A DNA stretch of 64,000 bases from Chlorokybus atmophyticus. Lineage: Eukaryota; Plantae; Mesostigma and Chlorokybus algae. A program made the translations under genes and the position numbers. Numbering within the stretch: the stretch's first letter is position 1; each line of letters opens with the position of its first letter. The stretch spans positions 418,652 to 482,651 of the forward strand of contig RHPI01002090.1 in assembly GCA_009103225.1 (NCBI GenBank). Reading direction: 5' to 3'. Below the pieces are notes generated by a model. That model made no database searches. It saw only the letters and a list, made by a program, of their open reading frames with translations, and was not told the DNA's origin. This document shows, piece by piece, positions 24,486 to 38,184 of the stretch.

Positions 24486-26509
24486 TCACCGAGTCGGGAT
24501 AGCATCAAGTCAAGTTCCGTCTCCAAGACAACAGACTGCGCCTCGTAAAACTCCAGCATATCCATACATATCACCTGCACCTGTTGCCAGCAGAGAATAG
24601 GAGTGGATGGCTTGTACAGTGCACCATATGACATGACCACACTATAGCTGAACTCTAGTTGGTTGTGACACGCAAGGCTGTTTCATGTTCAAATTCCTTC
24701 ATGCAGGCCTTGACAACAAGCATAAGGACAACTGTTTTTGCAGCAAACAGTCCCATACATATGTTTTTCGCAAGCTGCATTGAGCCGCAAGCATGGCTTT
24801 GCTGCATGCACGCGAGCAGATACATATGCAGGGCGCATGTACCTCATTCAAGTCCACACGCAGTTCCTCAAACCATGCGCGGATGTCGATGTCCCGGCTC
24901 ACACTCGCAAGGTACATGCACGCGAGCGCCACCATGTAAGGAGGATGCACCAGCAGGAGATCCGTCTTGTACGAGTCATTCACATGCGCCCTGCAACCAC
25001 CAGAGGTGCATGTCTCATCATAACTCAAAAGTATGCGTCTCAACATACTGTTACCAGCCACCAACAGTTGTTGTTGTTACAAGATAAACTACCATGCAGT
25101 CCGCAGCAGCTGCTCTTTGACGCCCGCATCCGTCAAAAACCTGCAGTTGAGCAAATCCACATTATAATGGCATGCAGTTTCCATGAGGAGGCATACGCCA
25201 GGCCATGACACGAACTCGTTTGCTTACTGCGCGAGAGGTCGATACGGGTGGAACACGATGAGGTTGTAAGAGAGCGACTCGAGCAAGTACATCTCCATCT
25301 CTAAGAGGTGTCTCACATCAAAGTGGTGCGCCTTGTGTACCTCTAACCCCACATGTTTTCAGTAAACAACAACTAGCCCTCGATACCCATGTGCATGCAT
25401 GCACACGTACTTAGTTTCTTCATCATGTGGACAAGCAGCTTAGCCTGCACCGGGCTTTCCTCAGCCTTCGATGCCAGGTAAAGGCACGCCGGCGCAGACA
25501 GACGCGGGTCGTACTCAACAAATGCGTGCCTGGTAGGTGGGAGCAGCAGGTTCGAACACATTGCCACACATACGCACGATGTGAGTGACACATAGATTTG
25601 GCAACAAGGGCGGAGCACACTCACTTTGTATAGAGTCTTCTGTAGTAGATGATTGCTGTGGCAACCACCCTGAAGGACAATGCACGTGCATTGACAACAG
25701 ACACACTTTGTTACGCAAAATAGCACGGCAAGACAGCTACACCAGCAGCTGTGTCTTTAACTACACTCACCTCTGGCGCAGTTTACACTGCATGGCGAGC
25801 TTTGTGATGTCTGCAAACAGGCACACACAACATGTCACACAGGAGTCCAGATTCCACGCACACATGCGCATGACGCATCCAAACAGGCGGTTAAGTGAAG
25901 GTCAAATTAACCTTTACAACATTATGCAACGCAACACGATTGTTCGTAAGCGCTGATACTCGCAACCCCTCGATGCCTTGCACCACATCGCTTACAGTCT
26001 GCATGATGGATCTTGACTTTGCGCACTTCTACAAGGGTGAAGCCTGCCTCTGCGTCACGAGGATGCAACGCACCCGCGTCGCACTTCTCCACCAGCTGCT
26101 TGCTAACCACAGTCCCCAACCCAATGGCATTAGCAACAAGAAGTAGTAGTGGTGGATCAAAGACTGCTACGTTATCCAAGCAAAGTTAGCATGAAGACAT
26201 GATGGGCAGACACTTCCGCGCCCTCATACACGCGCAAATCCAAGAAAACCGACATATGAACATACACATCTCGAGCAGTCCACCGATTACCCAACAGATT
26301 GACTGCTGGAACGTGGTGTTGCGTGCATTTCCCACAGGGCAATGCACGCAAACCACAGGCGACGCCGCCTCTGCAACCACTGCATACCAGCTGTCCTTTC
26401 TGCATGAGTCACGGGGCCTGTCCAGCAGGCTAGCTGCCCAGCGGTATATACGCAAGACTCCGAAGAAACAGGCTCACCAGTGGCTTGAGATCCAGAAGTT
26501 TGCGGCCAT
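24486..26509 (-). CDS. CYCC: Cyclin C (Mediator kinase module)
   Basis: MAANFWISSH start, KLRQRVVATAIIYYRRLY, DPRLSAPACLYLASKAEE, LLEMEMYLLESL..LIVFHPYRPL, NDSYKTDLLLVHPPYMVALAC. Exons are phase-consistent. Confidence 0.94.
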
Positions 26510-26826
26510 CCGCGGCCGCCTCCGCCTCCGCCTCCGCCGCTGCCACCGCCCAATCCGACGTGGAAAGCGACGAGCCCTGATTACACTAGCGCCAACCAGC
26601 ATTACGCCCAACAAGACGTTTCGTAAGCCGTAACTTGCGGGAGTGCATGGATCGCCCGGGCGCAAATCTTTACACTGTAGCGCAGTGCGCGCCCAGGTCG
26701 AGTTACGGTCTCCGTGCGTTACGCAGCAGGGGGACTTGGCCTCTCTGTCCCTGTGTTGCTCTCGTCCACTGTGTCCATGCCGTGGCCGCTGCCTTCGCGG
26801 AGGTGACAGGGGGGGGTGCGCCCTGC

Positions 26827-28736
26827 ATGGGTTTATCACGCACGGTGTTGCTGCTGGCGTTGCTGCTGGCTTGTTGCACCGCCGCCGCCGCGGCTCGGAG
26901 CTTCTCGGCCAGGGCGCTGTTGGCATGTGAGTGTGTAACACGTTGTCAATGGTGCCACACCACCAGTGGTATGACACCAGTCACTTGTGTCCCCCGGCTG
27001 GTAGACGCACGCACGCCTGACCGACTGTTACATACAATGCAGCGGACAATTGCGACATTCTGGCTGGTTCCTGCCCTCCCACCTGCACTGCAGATGAGAC
27101 ATTGCAAGTGAGTGACACATTCTGTCACTCGTACAGTGTAACGATACTCGACGAGAGCACAATATGTAGTTATGTCTGTATTGGTGCGGAATGCTAGGTG
27201 CAAGCAGATGGCAGCAGTGTGTGTGTCGCAGTGGACTGCGGGGTGAAGTACGCGGGCGCGAGGCCCGTCTTCGACCTGGCCACGCACTTATGCATCGGCT
27301 CAACACCCACCCAGTGCACAGTACGTGGTACAAAATCACGCACACAAACACGCACACCCACAACCTCTGGTACACGCACTCACTGCACGCACACACACAT
27401 ACTAACGCACACAGTGTGTGTTGCTCTGCTGTTACTGCTGCTGGAGACTAACACCTCTTTGTTCCAGTTCTGCACGCCTGGCCCGAGTAGCAGCCCAACC
27501 GCTTTAGGTCCATCCTCAGTAAGCAGCAGCAGCAATTGCATTGAACTAACAGACACTCAGACACAACTACTCTACATTGCAGACTGATGACAACAGTCTT
27601 GCTGGCGCGCAGAACACCACGGGTGGAGGCGGGAGTGGCGGCAGCGTGTCGTGTGGGGTGCACGGACACGCGGGCGATGACGGAGTGTCGTGCGTGTGCG
27701 ACACGGGTTGGTCCACTACAGTCAATCAGGTAGGGGGAAGAGGGCGTTTGCAAAGGGGTCACTCACTCTGACCTGTGTGTGTGTGTCCCGTACACCAGGA
27801 TATCATGAATTACGTGTATTGTGGAGTGCAAGCTGGCGCGCCGGGCGGGAGCCCCGTCACGCCAGAAGACCCAAAACTGTCGGCCAAAAGCTCCGGCTTG
27901 GCCTCCAAGATACCGGTATAGCCTTGGGCAACGGCACCACTATAAAAGCATCTCAGTCTGCTAGTCACGCAAAACGGTGTTGATACGGTGTTGATGCAAC
28001 AGCTCATTGCGGGTGTTGGTGGCGGACTAGTGGTGCTGCTGCTGGTTTACATGTGCTACAGGCGGTACAAGAAGCTCGTGGCAAGGCACTCCGCTGATCC
28101 CAATGCAGCAACCAAGGTGAGTGGGTAGGGAGAAGTAAATGTTTCCATGGCGGCCACAACATACACACGCACGCGCACACACACGCACACGAGAGGGATG
28201 GCTTGATGAACGCTGTTGCCGCCAGGAACGACGCGGGACAAGCACAAGCGATCTGCCTCCCGCGCTGGCGGAGAGGAGGATCAGTGTGGCTGACTTGAAC
28301 GCGCTCATCGTGCAGGCGAGCGCCGCCTCCACCGTGTCCCCGCACCCGGCCTCGTTCACAGTCAACACCAACGCGTTGTACGGCGTGGCAGAGACCCCGA
28401 GCCAGCAAGTAAGCAGCAGTGTGTGTGTTCAGTAAGCAGCAGCCTGGGGAGTCGAGTGGACTTGCTGTAGAGTGGCTTTGTTGTAAAGTGGACTCGCTCC
28501 CCCTTTGCGTCTTTGATCCTGATGTGGTGTTGTGTCACTGTCAGGTGGATGCGAGAAACCCTTTTGCGGTGGCGATGATGCATCACTACAACCGCACGCG
28601 CTCGACGTCCATGATTAACTACCCGTCGGTGCCGGAGGTGCCCATGCCGACGGTGCGGCGAGCGAGCATTGCGGCCTTGCCGGAAGCGCTCTTATTGCAG
28701 CAAAGCAGAGGGAGACGCCGCGCGTCTGCGACATAG
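26827..28736 (+). CDS. Type I membrane protein: signal peptide, Cys-rich module, EGF-like motif, one TM helix, cytosolic tail
   Basis: MGLSRTVLLLALLLACCTAAAAA signal peptide; VCVAVDCGVKY...HLCIGSTPTQC; SCGVHGHAGDDGVSCVCDTGW; TM LIAGVGGGLVVLLLVYMCY followed by RRYKK. Some small exons are uncertain. Confidence 0.7.
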
Positions 28737-29442
28737 ACAAGCTTCTTCTTATTGTATGTTAGTTGTTGGAATAGACTATTGATAAGGCATCAAGGACAGA
28801 TACACCAACAGACAGGGATAGATGTAGCGTGCAATCGTCGGTTGTTGAGCCACAAGGCTGCTGGCTCGGTGACGTGTTGCATCGCTACATGCAGAATCAG
28901 GTTAGGTTGGAGGGCAATGTGTGTTCACATTGTCCTGACATCTAGGTGACCTAAGAACTTTCCAACTTGGTTGACCCTGTCTTGTAATGTTGGCAATGGC
29001 GAGTCACCATAGACAGGATTGACGAATGCGTGCATTGGTTGCGGGACACTCCAAGGTGCTTACAGCATGAGACCGTGCCTTGGTGCAGCATTGACCAAGC
29101 CAGTTGATAAGTACCTCCATTTTGGCATGTGTGCATGGTCTGGCTGTTACTTGTGTCCTCCATGCCTAGCATCACACATGGCACAAAACACTTACTACCA
29201 CAGCATGCATGGCATACACAACATGCACTCTAGCGTGTCAAATGACAAAACAGTTGGTATACAGCTGCTTGATCCATGCTTAGACACACAGCTGCACACA
29301 TGCACATCACCAATCAATGAGCTGAGGGTGCAGTTTATTGACAGTGCGCTTATTGAACAGGCGTGCCTAGTCTGAGTCAACATTGCAAGCGAGCTATGTA
29401 CGAGTATGTACAAGCAAACCAAGCAACAGTCAGACTGCAAGA

Positions 29443-30990
29443 CTAAACAGAACGGTGTCTCACTCGCCTCACTGTACCGGCTGCTTCCTGAGCTACAGGA
29501 CTGCGCAAGGCCACCATGCGCAAAAGCTCTGCCTGCAGCGAAGGACAGCTGGCGCATAGATGCAGAAACCCATCGGTTGCCATGACGGCAGCCAAGTTCG
29601 CCACAACATACTCCAAGCACACGTCCTTCAGCTCCTTGGCGTGGTGCTGCTCTGCAAGCGTGAGGGTGGTTGCAGCTGTCTCTATGTCGAGGTTTTCACA
29701 TAGATGCTGCTCACATATCAACTTCAGGTGTTCTAAGCCGAATCGATCAGCAGCAGCCAGTAGATGAGACGAAAGCGTGGATAGGACTTCATCTGGGACG
29801 CAACCCGAGTACATGAAGTGCAGCACCGCACGGAACACGGGCGCGTGGATGTCTGCCACAGGGATGGTTCTGGCTTTCGACTCCATCATTGGTGAGCTAA
29901 GCATGGCTCGGAAGACAGTTGAGCGCGCACAAAGCAGCCAGCGGTGTGCAGCAAAGTCCTGTCCTTCTGCAATAAAGCAACAGTCTGCACCCATTCCAGA
30001 TGATAGGAGCTCCAGCAAGTCGTTGGACAGCGTTGAGGGAGGCAAGTCGATCTGCCCTCGTGTTGGAACGCTCTTCGGCACAACTACTTCCACAACACAT
30101 CGGAGCTTGAGAGTGTCGTCCTTGAGGTATCTCTGCAAAATGTCCCGCCTGATGAACTTGGCTAGTTTGAAGCCCCTGCAACCTAGCCCTCGAGCTCGGA
30201 TGGTTTTGTACTCCGCACTTGCATGGCCAACCTGCAAGCCATGTGCATAGATCAACTTGCTGTACTCACGGCCAATCTCACACTGATTTTCTAGAGTAGT
30301 ACAGGCTGCAAACAGGATCACATAGCTTACCTCTGGATTTGAGAAAATATCAGGTGTGCCGTCATCGTGAAGGTCCATGGTGTGGTTTGAGATCATACCA
30401 GCCTGGTCAATAACCGTGAACACTGACAGCGCCCTGACCTGAAAGGACGCAATGCATTCCTTGAGAAACACAGTGCCTTACAACATGGGGACATGATGCT
30501 GTGTTGTGTATGGCATTCGCACAAAGCACAAAGCGAATGAACACGAGCTAATGCGCGAAATTGGTGCAAGCATTAGGCATTGTTATGGCATTGCCAAATC
30601 AAACACAGCAGGAAGTTGCTCGTGAACAGCTGCTGCCCCATCAGCAAACAAAGCAAAACATACCTCGCGTGCTTCGCTTTGCAGCGTCAAGCCCACTGCT
30701 ACATGCGTAGCAGCGTTTTCCGCTGTGCCATCTGGGTAGAGTTGGACATTCCAGACATGCCCCGCCACTGTGAAGAAGTCGCTTTGCAAACGCTTGTCCA
30801 CCCCAACTCCCGGCGCAACCAAGCTGTAGTTGCTGATGGTCCAGTCGTGACAGCCTTTTATGCGGTCGGCTGTAGTGTGCGTGCTACTGTAAGCGATTTC
30901 AGAGCAGCAAACCTGGGCGGCGGAAGGCTCCCGCGACAGGCCTTCTGTGATGATAGGCGTGGGTTGCAGGCGGTGCGATCCGTGTGCCAT
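29443..30990 (-). CDS. BPM: MATH-BTB protein (BPM/SPOP family, CUL3 adaptor)
   Basis: MATH domain (HDWTISNYS, SDFFTVAGHVWNVQLYPDG, LKDDTLKLRCVV), BTB domain (FAAHRWLLCARSTVFRAML, FRAVLHFMYSG, LLAAADRFGLEHLKLICE) and a BACK-like tail. The start codon could lie further upstream. Confidence 0.92.
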
Positions 30991-33894
30991 GTCCAAGCCT
31001 AATGCAAAAACAACTAATGCAGAAACTGTATGCGAGGCGCTCCAGCTAAACCCACTGCAGCACAGGCTGCTTGTCGCCTGACCCCAGCTGTCACCTGCTG
31101 CTGGCAGTAACCTCAGCAGTCATGGCGGCGAAGCGGCCGATGGATCACACAGCCGCTCATGCACTGCCTCGTTCAGCAGGATGCCACTCTCCGGCACGCT
31201 ATTGCAGCCAAGCAGGAGCGAGACGTCCACACCTCAGCAGCACACCCAAGGACACGCCTCGGCCACAAAAACCAAACTCTAGCAGCGTGCAATGCAAAGC
31301 TTCCTATAGCAACGCCACCTCTAAAGCTGAAAGCTTCCCCTCCTTCACAGACACAAGCAACGACAGCAATCGCAATGGCAAAGACAGAGACGGCGGAGGC
31401 GGCAGAGGTGGTATGCAACTACTGGTTCAGCATGAGCATGGCGCTGTTTGCTGCAGCACACACAGGCGCACGCATCCCGACCGGTTCTTGACCGGCACAC
31501 CGGCGGCCTATCGCCTGACATGTTGGCAATGGTTTGTATAACGTCTGCAGCAGTGACCGGTGGAGCGGCCGCTCGTGCGCAGGCCAGCTGGAGGACCAGC
31601 GGGGCTCGTGGCAGGGTGGGGATCGAGAGTGGTCCCGCGACGGCACTCACTCCACCGGGACATACGGATTCATCGCTATAATGCAGTCCTGGGAGAAATA
31701 CAATAAGGGTCCTAGGATCAGAAAGCGGTCGCCTGTGTAGCAGAGCCAATGGCTTGTACTCTCTGGATGCTTTTGCAGAACTTCGCGGCGACAGCGGGGT
31801 CCTCGTGGCATTTCGCGCGTTTCCGAACCGCCGTGATTTGAGTTTCGACTTTCCCGCCACGGCTAGGTCCATGTGTCGATTTGAGTCAATCGTTAGACAG
31901 ATTTTCGACGGTGCACATTGGAATAGTAACGGCTGACAGCCTGACAACATCTGACTCGAATATCCTCACCCACCCGGTTTTACGACTGACGCCTCATGAG
32001 AGCTGCATGTACCTGACTACAGGTTGTAGTCTACAATAGCTCGATTATTAATTGACATTCTGATAATCTTCCTGCTTGCAGCGATTGCCAACACTATAAA
32101 ACCCACCTTAGGAAACTGTAAAATGTATTATTAGTTTTGCATGTCGTATCACACCATATTGCCATGGACATCATGTAACAGTCTTTCGCATTCAATCGGG
32201 ATACTTTATACTGTTGAAACACGTTTGTTGAAGGAGTTAAGGCCATGCACCATACAACCAGTACATATAATACAATCAGGGTTACATTAAGTAATGAAAA
32301 TATAGTGATTTTTAATTGTTCATGAGGTATCCCGCATGTCGACCGTTGTAAATGACGTGCAATTGCTTCTTGCGTGGTAATAAACTTGCAAACTTGTTGG
32401 ACATAAGTAAGCACAATGCCACGGTTGCATTACTTACACACAAGCTCAAAGGAAGTTGCTGTGCAAAAATAGTTGTAAGGGGTTGCACAAGAAGCACACA
32501 GAAGCATACAGGTGCGTTCAGACGATGACACGTGCATATACCACTGGTGCTTTAAGGTGTACTCTGCAAGCGTGCGTACTTAAGATGGCACTGTCACTGG
32601 CAGTATTATCACTCCAATCACCGGTCATAGCATCTTCATCGCTTATACACAGCAAGAAAGTCAGCAGCGTGACAGCATGCAGACACATCAATAAACATTG
32701 GTCATATATAAGGAAAAAATGGTGTAATAATCTATGTTCCTTTAGCTGGAGTCCAAAGGGTATACAACTGCGTCATACATTTCAAGAAAGCATCCGCTTT
32801 GGCGTACCCATGTTGTCACATTGTGTCAATGTATAAACATTGCAACGCGATTGATGCATTGATGTATATTGCATAACATTAAACTCTTATAGTCAATAAA
32901 CGTGCATAAAACAAAAATTACAATGGTATATCATCGCTGCTTAAAATGCCTTTGATTGGTTGACACCAAATCAATAGCCTACAATTATTATACAATAATG
33001 CATCACATGCATGGATACGAGCTTTGTAATGTTCAAGCAGTGCTCGAGTGCTTACTTATGTGTACATACATACATTGTAAATAAACCCCGCCTATTTCAG
33101 AGATGGATGATTGCCTTGCAATCTGTATGTGGGTTATACATAAGATGTGCATCAAATGCTTGATGCAAAGTATGAGGTTTCAAATTGTACATCATACACG
33201 CTTTTCAGTAACACTACAAAGTCATATATGCTAAATGTTGTTTTTTTATCGCAATTGCGAATTCATAATGTAATAATCTAAACACAAGTCTTGAGCACAA
33301 ATGTTAACTTGGCGAGCGCATATCTGGCTACACAAGTATAAAGCATGTATATATGCTTTATGTATTGATACATCATAAAATTGGTCATGCAAATATCGCA
33401 ACACGAACCACAAGCATTAGTAATGTCTATTGTTTTTTTGTTACCAATTATCCAATACAGAAGTCAACAACTCTTACGCCAACATGCTTTGCAAACAATC
33501 ATGGTATAGGCACAGAGGACATTGCCACATGGAATGGATTGATGGGAGGCTTATGATTGTGCACTTCAGACAAGATAAATAAAGCGCGTGTAATCCAAGT
33601 ACGAGTCAATTTCACTTATAACTCGATGCTTGCATGATGTGCCGCACCACATTGCACAAAGAGGCGACACTTACCCGCAGCATGCCTTTGCGAAATGTGT
33701 AATCAGTCTCGCATCCAATAACAAGCCTCATGATGGTATGATGCCACTATGATGTTTATCATGACATAATAAGCACATGCCACACGTACGGCGTTTGTTA
33801 CCATGTGCTGCACAGCAAGCAGACACAAACACTGCTAAATGCATTACTCTCCAGCAAACACTATGTACAACATAACTAGGGCAGAACCAATGAC

Positions 33895-35181
33895 TTACAG
33901 CTGATTCCTGACACGCCGAGTGTCTTCTTTGAGCCGGCCAGCGCCAAAGTCCACATTGGTCTCCAAGTTGTCAATCATAGTCTCTTGGTGCTTGAGCTCC
34001 TCACCCATGTCGGTCGCAACCCTCTTCATCTGCCTTAGCATGTCGCTGATCTTGTCCAGATCCTGGTCCTGCTCCTTGACATACTGCTTGATGGCGCCCA
34101 TGTCATCCTGTTCCTCACCCGCCAGGACCGCTTCACTGGTGGATGTCGTCTTCTTGCCATCAAGCCCGAGCTGCTTGCGCTTCTCTTTCAAATCGGCATC
34201 ATTCTGCGCTGCCTTGCTAGACCTGTTCGACATCTCCTTGAGCTTGCCACGCTTGACCTGCAGTAAGCAGAACAGCAACACATGAACTGACCAATGTATC
34301 TCTTTCAGAAAGTACGCTGCATGTTTATTAGAAGACTGACAGCAATGGCTGCAGGCAGTTGTCGCATACAAGCATACCTTTTTCTCGCCAGCAAATAGCC
34401 TTCCAAAAAAGTTCAGTTTCCGAATGGTAGTCTCACTAGTATTGAGAGTGGAATGCATGTTGTTCACCTGCCTGACAACCATGGGACATCACTCAGCAAC
34501 TGCGACAAGGAAAAACGGATGACATTGGCGCGCGACATAGCGCACGCGCATGCAAATGTGCATAAACTGATGGAACTTCAAGCAAGCCAAGGAGGCATGT
34601 ACAGAAGTTGTCAGACCACTGCTGCCAAACAAACCTGTGTATGTCCTCCATTTGCGCAGTTTGCCGCTGCAAGTTGACCTGCGTATCGGTTCCAATCCGC
34701 AGGGTGTCCTCTGCAATTTTAACGCTGCGCTTTGTGCCCTCCCGACCCTCCTTAGCATGGTGCCTCGCCATGCCCAAAAGCTCAGCCGTAATGGGGTCAT
34801 CCTATAAAACAAGCAGCAAGACTGTTGACAAAATTGTTTATCGACGACACAATGCCTCATGGCCAGCAGGTATATTGCTGTTCAATAAGTGCAGGTTTCA
34901 TACTGCAGGCATCACCGCACTGGTTGGCTTGCCAGCATGCAGTTGCTAGCTAACAGTGATAACCATGACGAGACTACTCAGCTTCAGCATGGGATCTGTA
35001 TTGGGTAATCAACGGACAGGCTATGTAGCAGGCCATGTGCGAGTATGCAGACCTCATGCATGCCCACCTGCTGGACGGCGCCGCCGCGGGCTATCTGCGC
35101 CTGAACCTGGGCGGCAGCAGCTCTGGCTTCCGCAGGCACCTCCTTGAAGAGCTCTTCGCGGGCGGCCACATGTCGAGACAT
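33895..35181 (-). CDS. SNAP25-family Qbc-SNARE
   Basis: Starts MSRHVAAREELF. First SNARE helix (...IAEDTLRIGTDTQVNLQRQTAQMEDIHRQVNNMHSTLNTSE) and second SNARE helix (EQDQDLDKISDMLRQMKRVATDMGEELKHQETMIDNL...RRVRNQL*). No TM segment. Confidence 0.88.
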
Positions 35182-35426
35182 CCCAATCTCACCAAGCAAT
35201 CCAATGAACACAACCCCGCCAACCACCGAACTCTCCACCACCACCGCCGCCGCCGCCGCCGCCGGCGACTATACTCTCCAAGCACGCCAGCTGTCGCCTG
35301 AGCCAGCGGCCACGTTGACGCAAATTCACAGAGACGCCTTATGGCTGAATCACTGAATCACAACGGCCTGCACAATTGAACTGAACCGCAGTAGTGAACT
35401 AAGTTCCGTCGGCATTCCGGTGCAGC

Positions 35427-36420
35427 ATGGCGTTGCTGCGGGCGGTGCGGGGCTTGCTGCTCGGCCGCGGCGCGGCGCTTGTCGCTCCTCGGAACACGCC
35501 GCTGGTGCGTGTGTGGTTGTCAGACATGCTTGCATGCGGACTGTGACAGTGATCCTGCTTCAGCTGGCTTGGCCTGGCTTGCTCAGTGGCTGGAAACACG
35601 TTGGTCAAGCATTCGGTGTGTGTCTGCTGTTAATCCTAGAACTGCGGTAGTTAGAGCACACACAGCAACATGCATATGTGCGTGGCAATCCGCAGGTCGC
35701 TAGGCTGTGTAGCACGCAGAGCAGCAGCAGCACCACCAGCACCAGCAGCAATGGCATTGATGGTGCAGAGGCAGTCCGTCAGCAGGTCGACGACATCAAC
35801 GAGCGCTTTGGGGAGGCGAGGGAGGAGATCGAGATGGCGATGGAAAGCAAGGAGACCGTCTATTTCAACGAAGAGGCGGAGATAGCCCACGAGGCAGTAC
35901 AAGGCGTGCTGTCCCGGTGAGGACACCAAACTCTGTGTCTCGTTTGAGTCAAATTGCTCCTTGTAAGCCAGCACTACTCGTTGGACGTGTCCATCAGTGC
36001 AGAGGCATGACTTTGCTGGCGCTCTTCACTGATCCAACGTTGTGCCTGGTTGCATGTGAGACATGCACTTTACCTGTGCATTATTGCTGTGTTGATGCTT
36101 GATACTGTTTCGTCTCTGCATACAACCATGCAGGCCGCGTGCATGTGATCACCACAAATTGATGTGATATCAAGCATGCTACCTCACGTCTATTGTGCTG
36201 TGCATTGAGTGTCATGCAACGCACGCAGCTCGCATGCCTGACATGCGATGTTTGCCCAAGACTGCAGGGTAGTGCTGATGCTATGAAGCGATGCGTGTGC
36301 AGGTATGAGAAGCTGCTCGTGAGTGTTGGCGAAAGTCAAAGGGGTCAGTTGGAAAGAGCCATGGGGCTGAAGATGGAGCAGCTCAAGGCTGAGCTTGCAC
36401 AGCTCCAAGAACATGACTAA
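35427..36420 (+). CDS. Small conserved, probably mitochondrial helical protein (plant 'embryogenesis-like' family)
   Basis: Presequence-like MALLRAVRGLLLGRG. Conserved core VDDINERFGEAREEIEMAMESKETVYFNEEA...ERAMGLKMEQLKAEL, recalled from plant homologues. Three phase-consistent exons. Confidence 0.85.
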
Positions 36421-37109
36421 CGCATGATCTCCATGCAGGAACTGCTGTTTAGCAGCACAGTTGAAAATGCTCCAGTGCACACCTGCACTTACACCTGGCC
36501 CAGCACAGGCTTGTACAACAACTTTACTGGAGAGGCTACATCACATTGCACAGTTGAAACTAACATTCTCATTTATGAGCTTCAGGGCGATCACGTGCCA
36601 ACCATGCAGATGACATGTGATATGATCCATGTTGCCCATTTTTTTTTAACAGCACATGCGCATGAAATCGCTCAAGCCCAGTGCCGTTGGTTTCCAATCT
36701 ACTTATACTACAGACTATTCAACCACAGACTAAGCCATTCACTTCGTGGTTGTTATATGTACTTCTTCTTTGCGCAGCATATTTGTGTGTTGGCCAGTTA
36801 TTGGGAAATGTTATGTTATGTAAACAATGTTTCTTTATTACATTACTGTGTATTGCAACCTACGTAGTGTGTCATATTGCACTGATCATGTTTAAATGTA
36901 GCTATCATATAATAAAGAATTATCAATATGTGTGCGCAATAAATCGTATTGCGAAAAGAGTGATTGTTACAGTGTATTTGCACATGTTTTCATTGCGTCT
37001 ATATCGCAATGCTACAATGTGCAGTAGTCATCAAGTGACCAATCGCAATACACAAATGGTTGTTAATATGCATTGCTTTGCGGTGCTTATAAGTCATTGG
37101 TTATGCTTA

Positions 37110-37397
<288 letters not shown>

Positions 37398-38184
37398 NTA
37401 CCCATACAGCAATACGCGAGCATAATGTACAATATATCATTACCATAAATACCAGCACGTTAGATGATTATATATGCATAAGCATACTATTACATATGTA
37501 ATTTTTATAATATGTGATACATCAATACCATGATCAACAGCACGTTAAATAATTACATATGCATAAGCGTGATGTTGCATATGTCATGCACAATGCATCC
37601 ACGCTTATGGTGATAAGTTATTCATACAGGATGTTATATAAAGATTGATTGATAAGCTGCGCAACTGGATTGCATGTTGAGTGTCATGTCCATATCTTAT
37701 TGAACTATGCAACACTTTATAGGAATTGCACTTAAACATTGACATGCATCAGGCAGTGTTTCTCCGTGCCTTAGGAAGGCCAAACATTGCATCATTGTTC
37801 ATTTGAGAAGTTCATTCCACATGACAACAGACAATACATGATTGAGGGATGCTAATATACCCAAACAGCCCCCACTGTGAACATACCGAACTTTCTATCG
37901 CACGTGCATTTGCTCTTTCTTGGGGATTCAAGCATCAATCTGATCTGGGATCCTAGGTGGCACAGCCTTTAAGGTGGCATGGCTTACGTGGCAGCGGCGC
38001 CCGCGTTGTCCGCCCGACAACATGCTTCACCCCAACCACCTCCGTGACTGCCCCGCCGAGCATGGCGCGCCTACCCGCGTGCTGCTCAGCAATGCTGCAG
38101 CAGCCTGCAGTGCAGTGACAGGCGCGGCTAGCGAGCACTGTGGCCTTCCGTTGAGCGCAGTCCACTACAGTCCACAGCAGCACC

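Noticed and set aside
31093-31123. Upstream coding exon for BPM (MTAEVTASSR)
   Set aside because: The available donors are out of phase with the BPM frame. At most it is a uORF.
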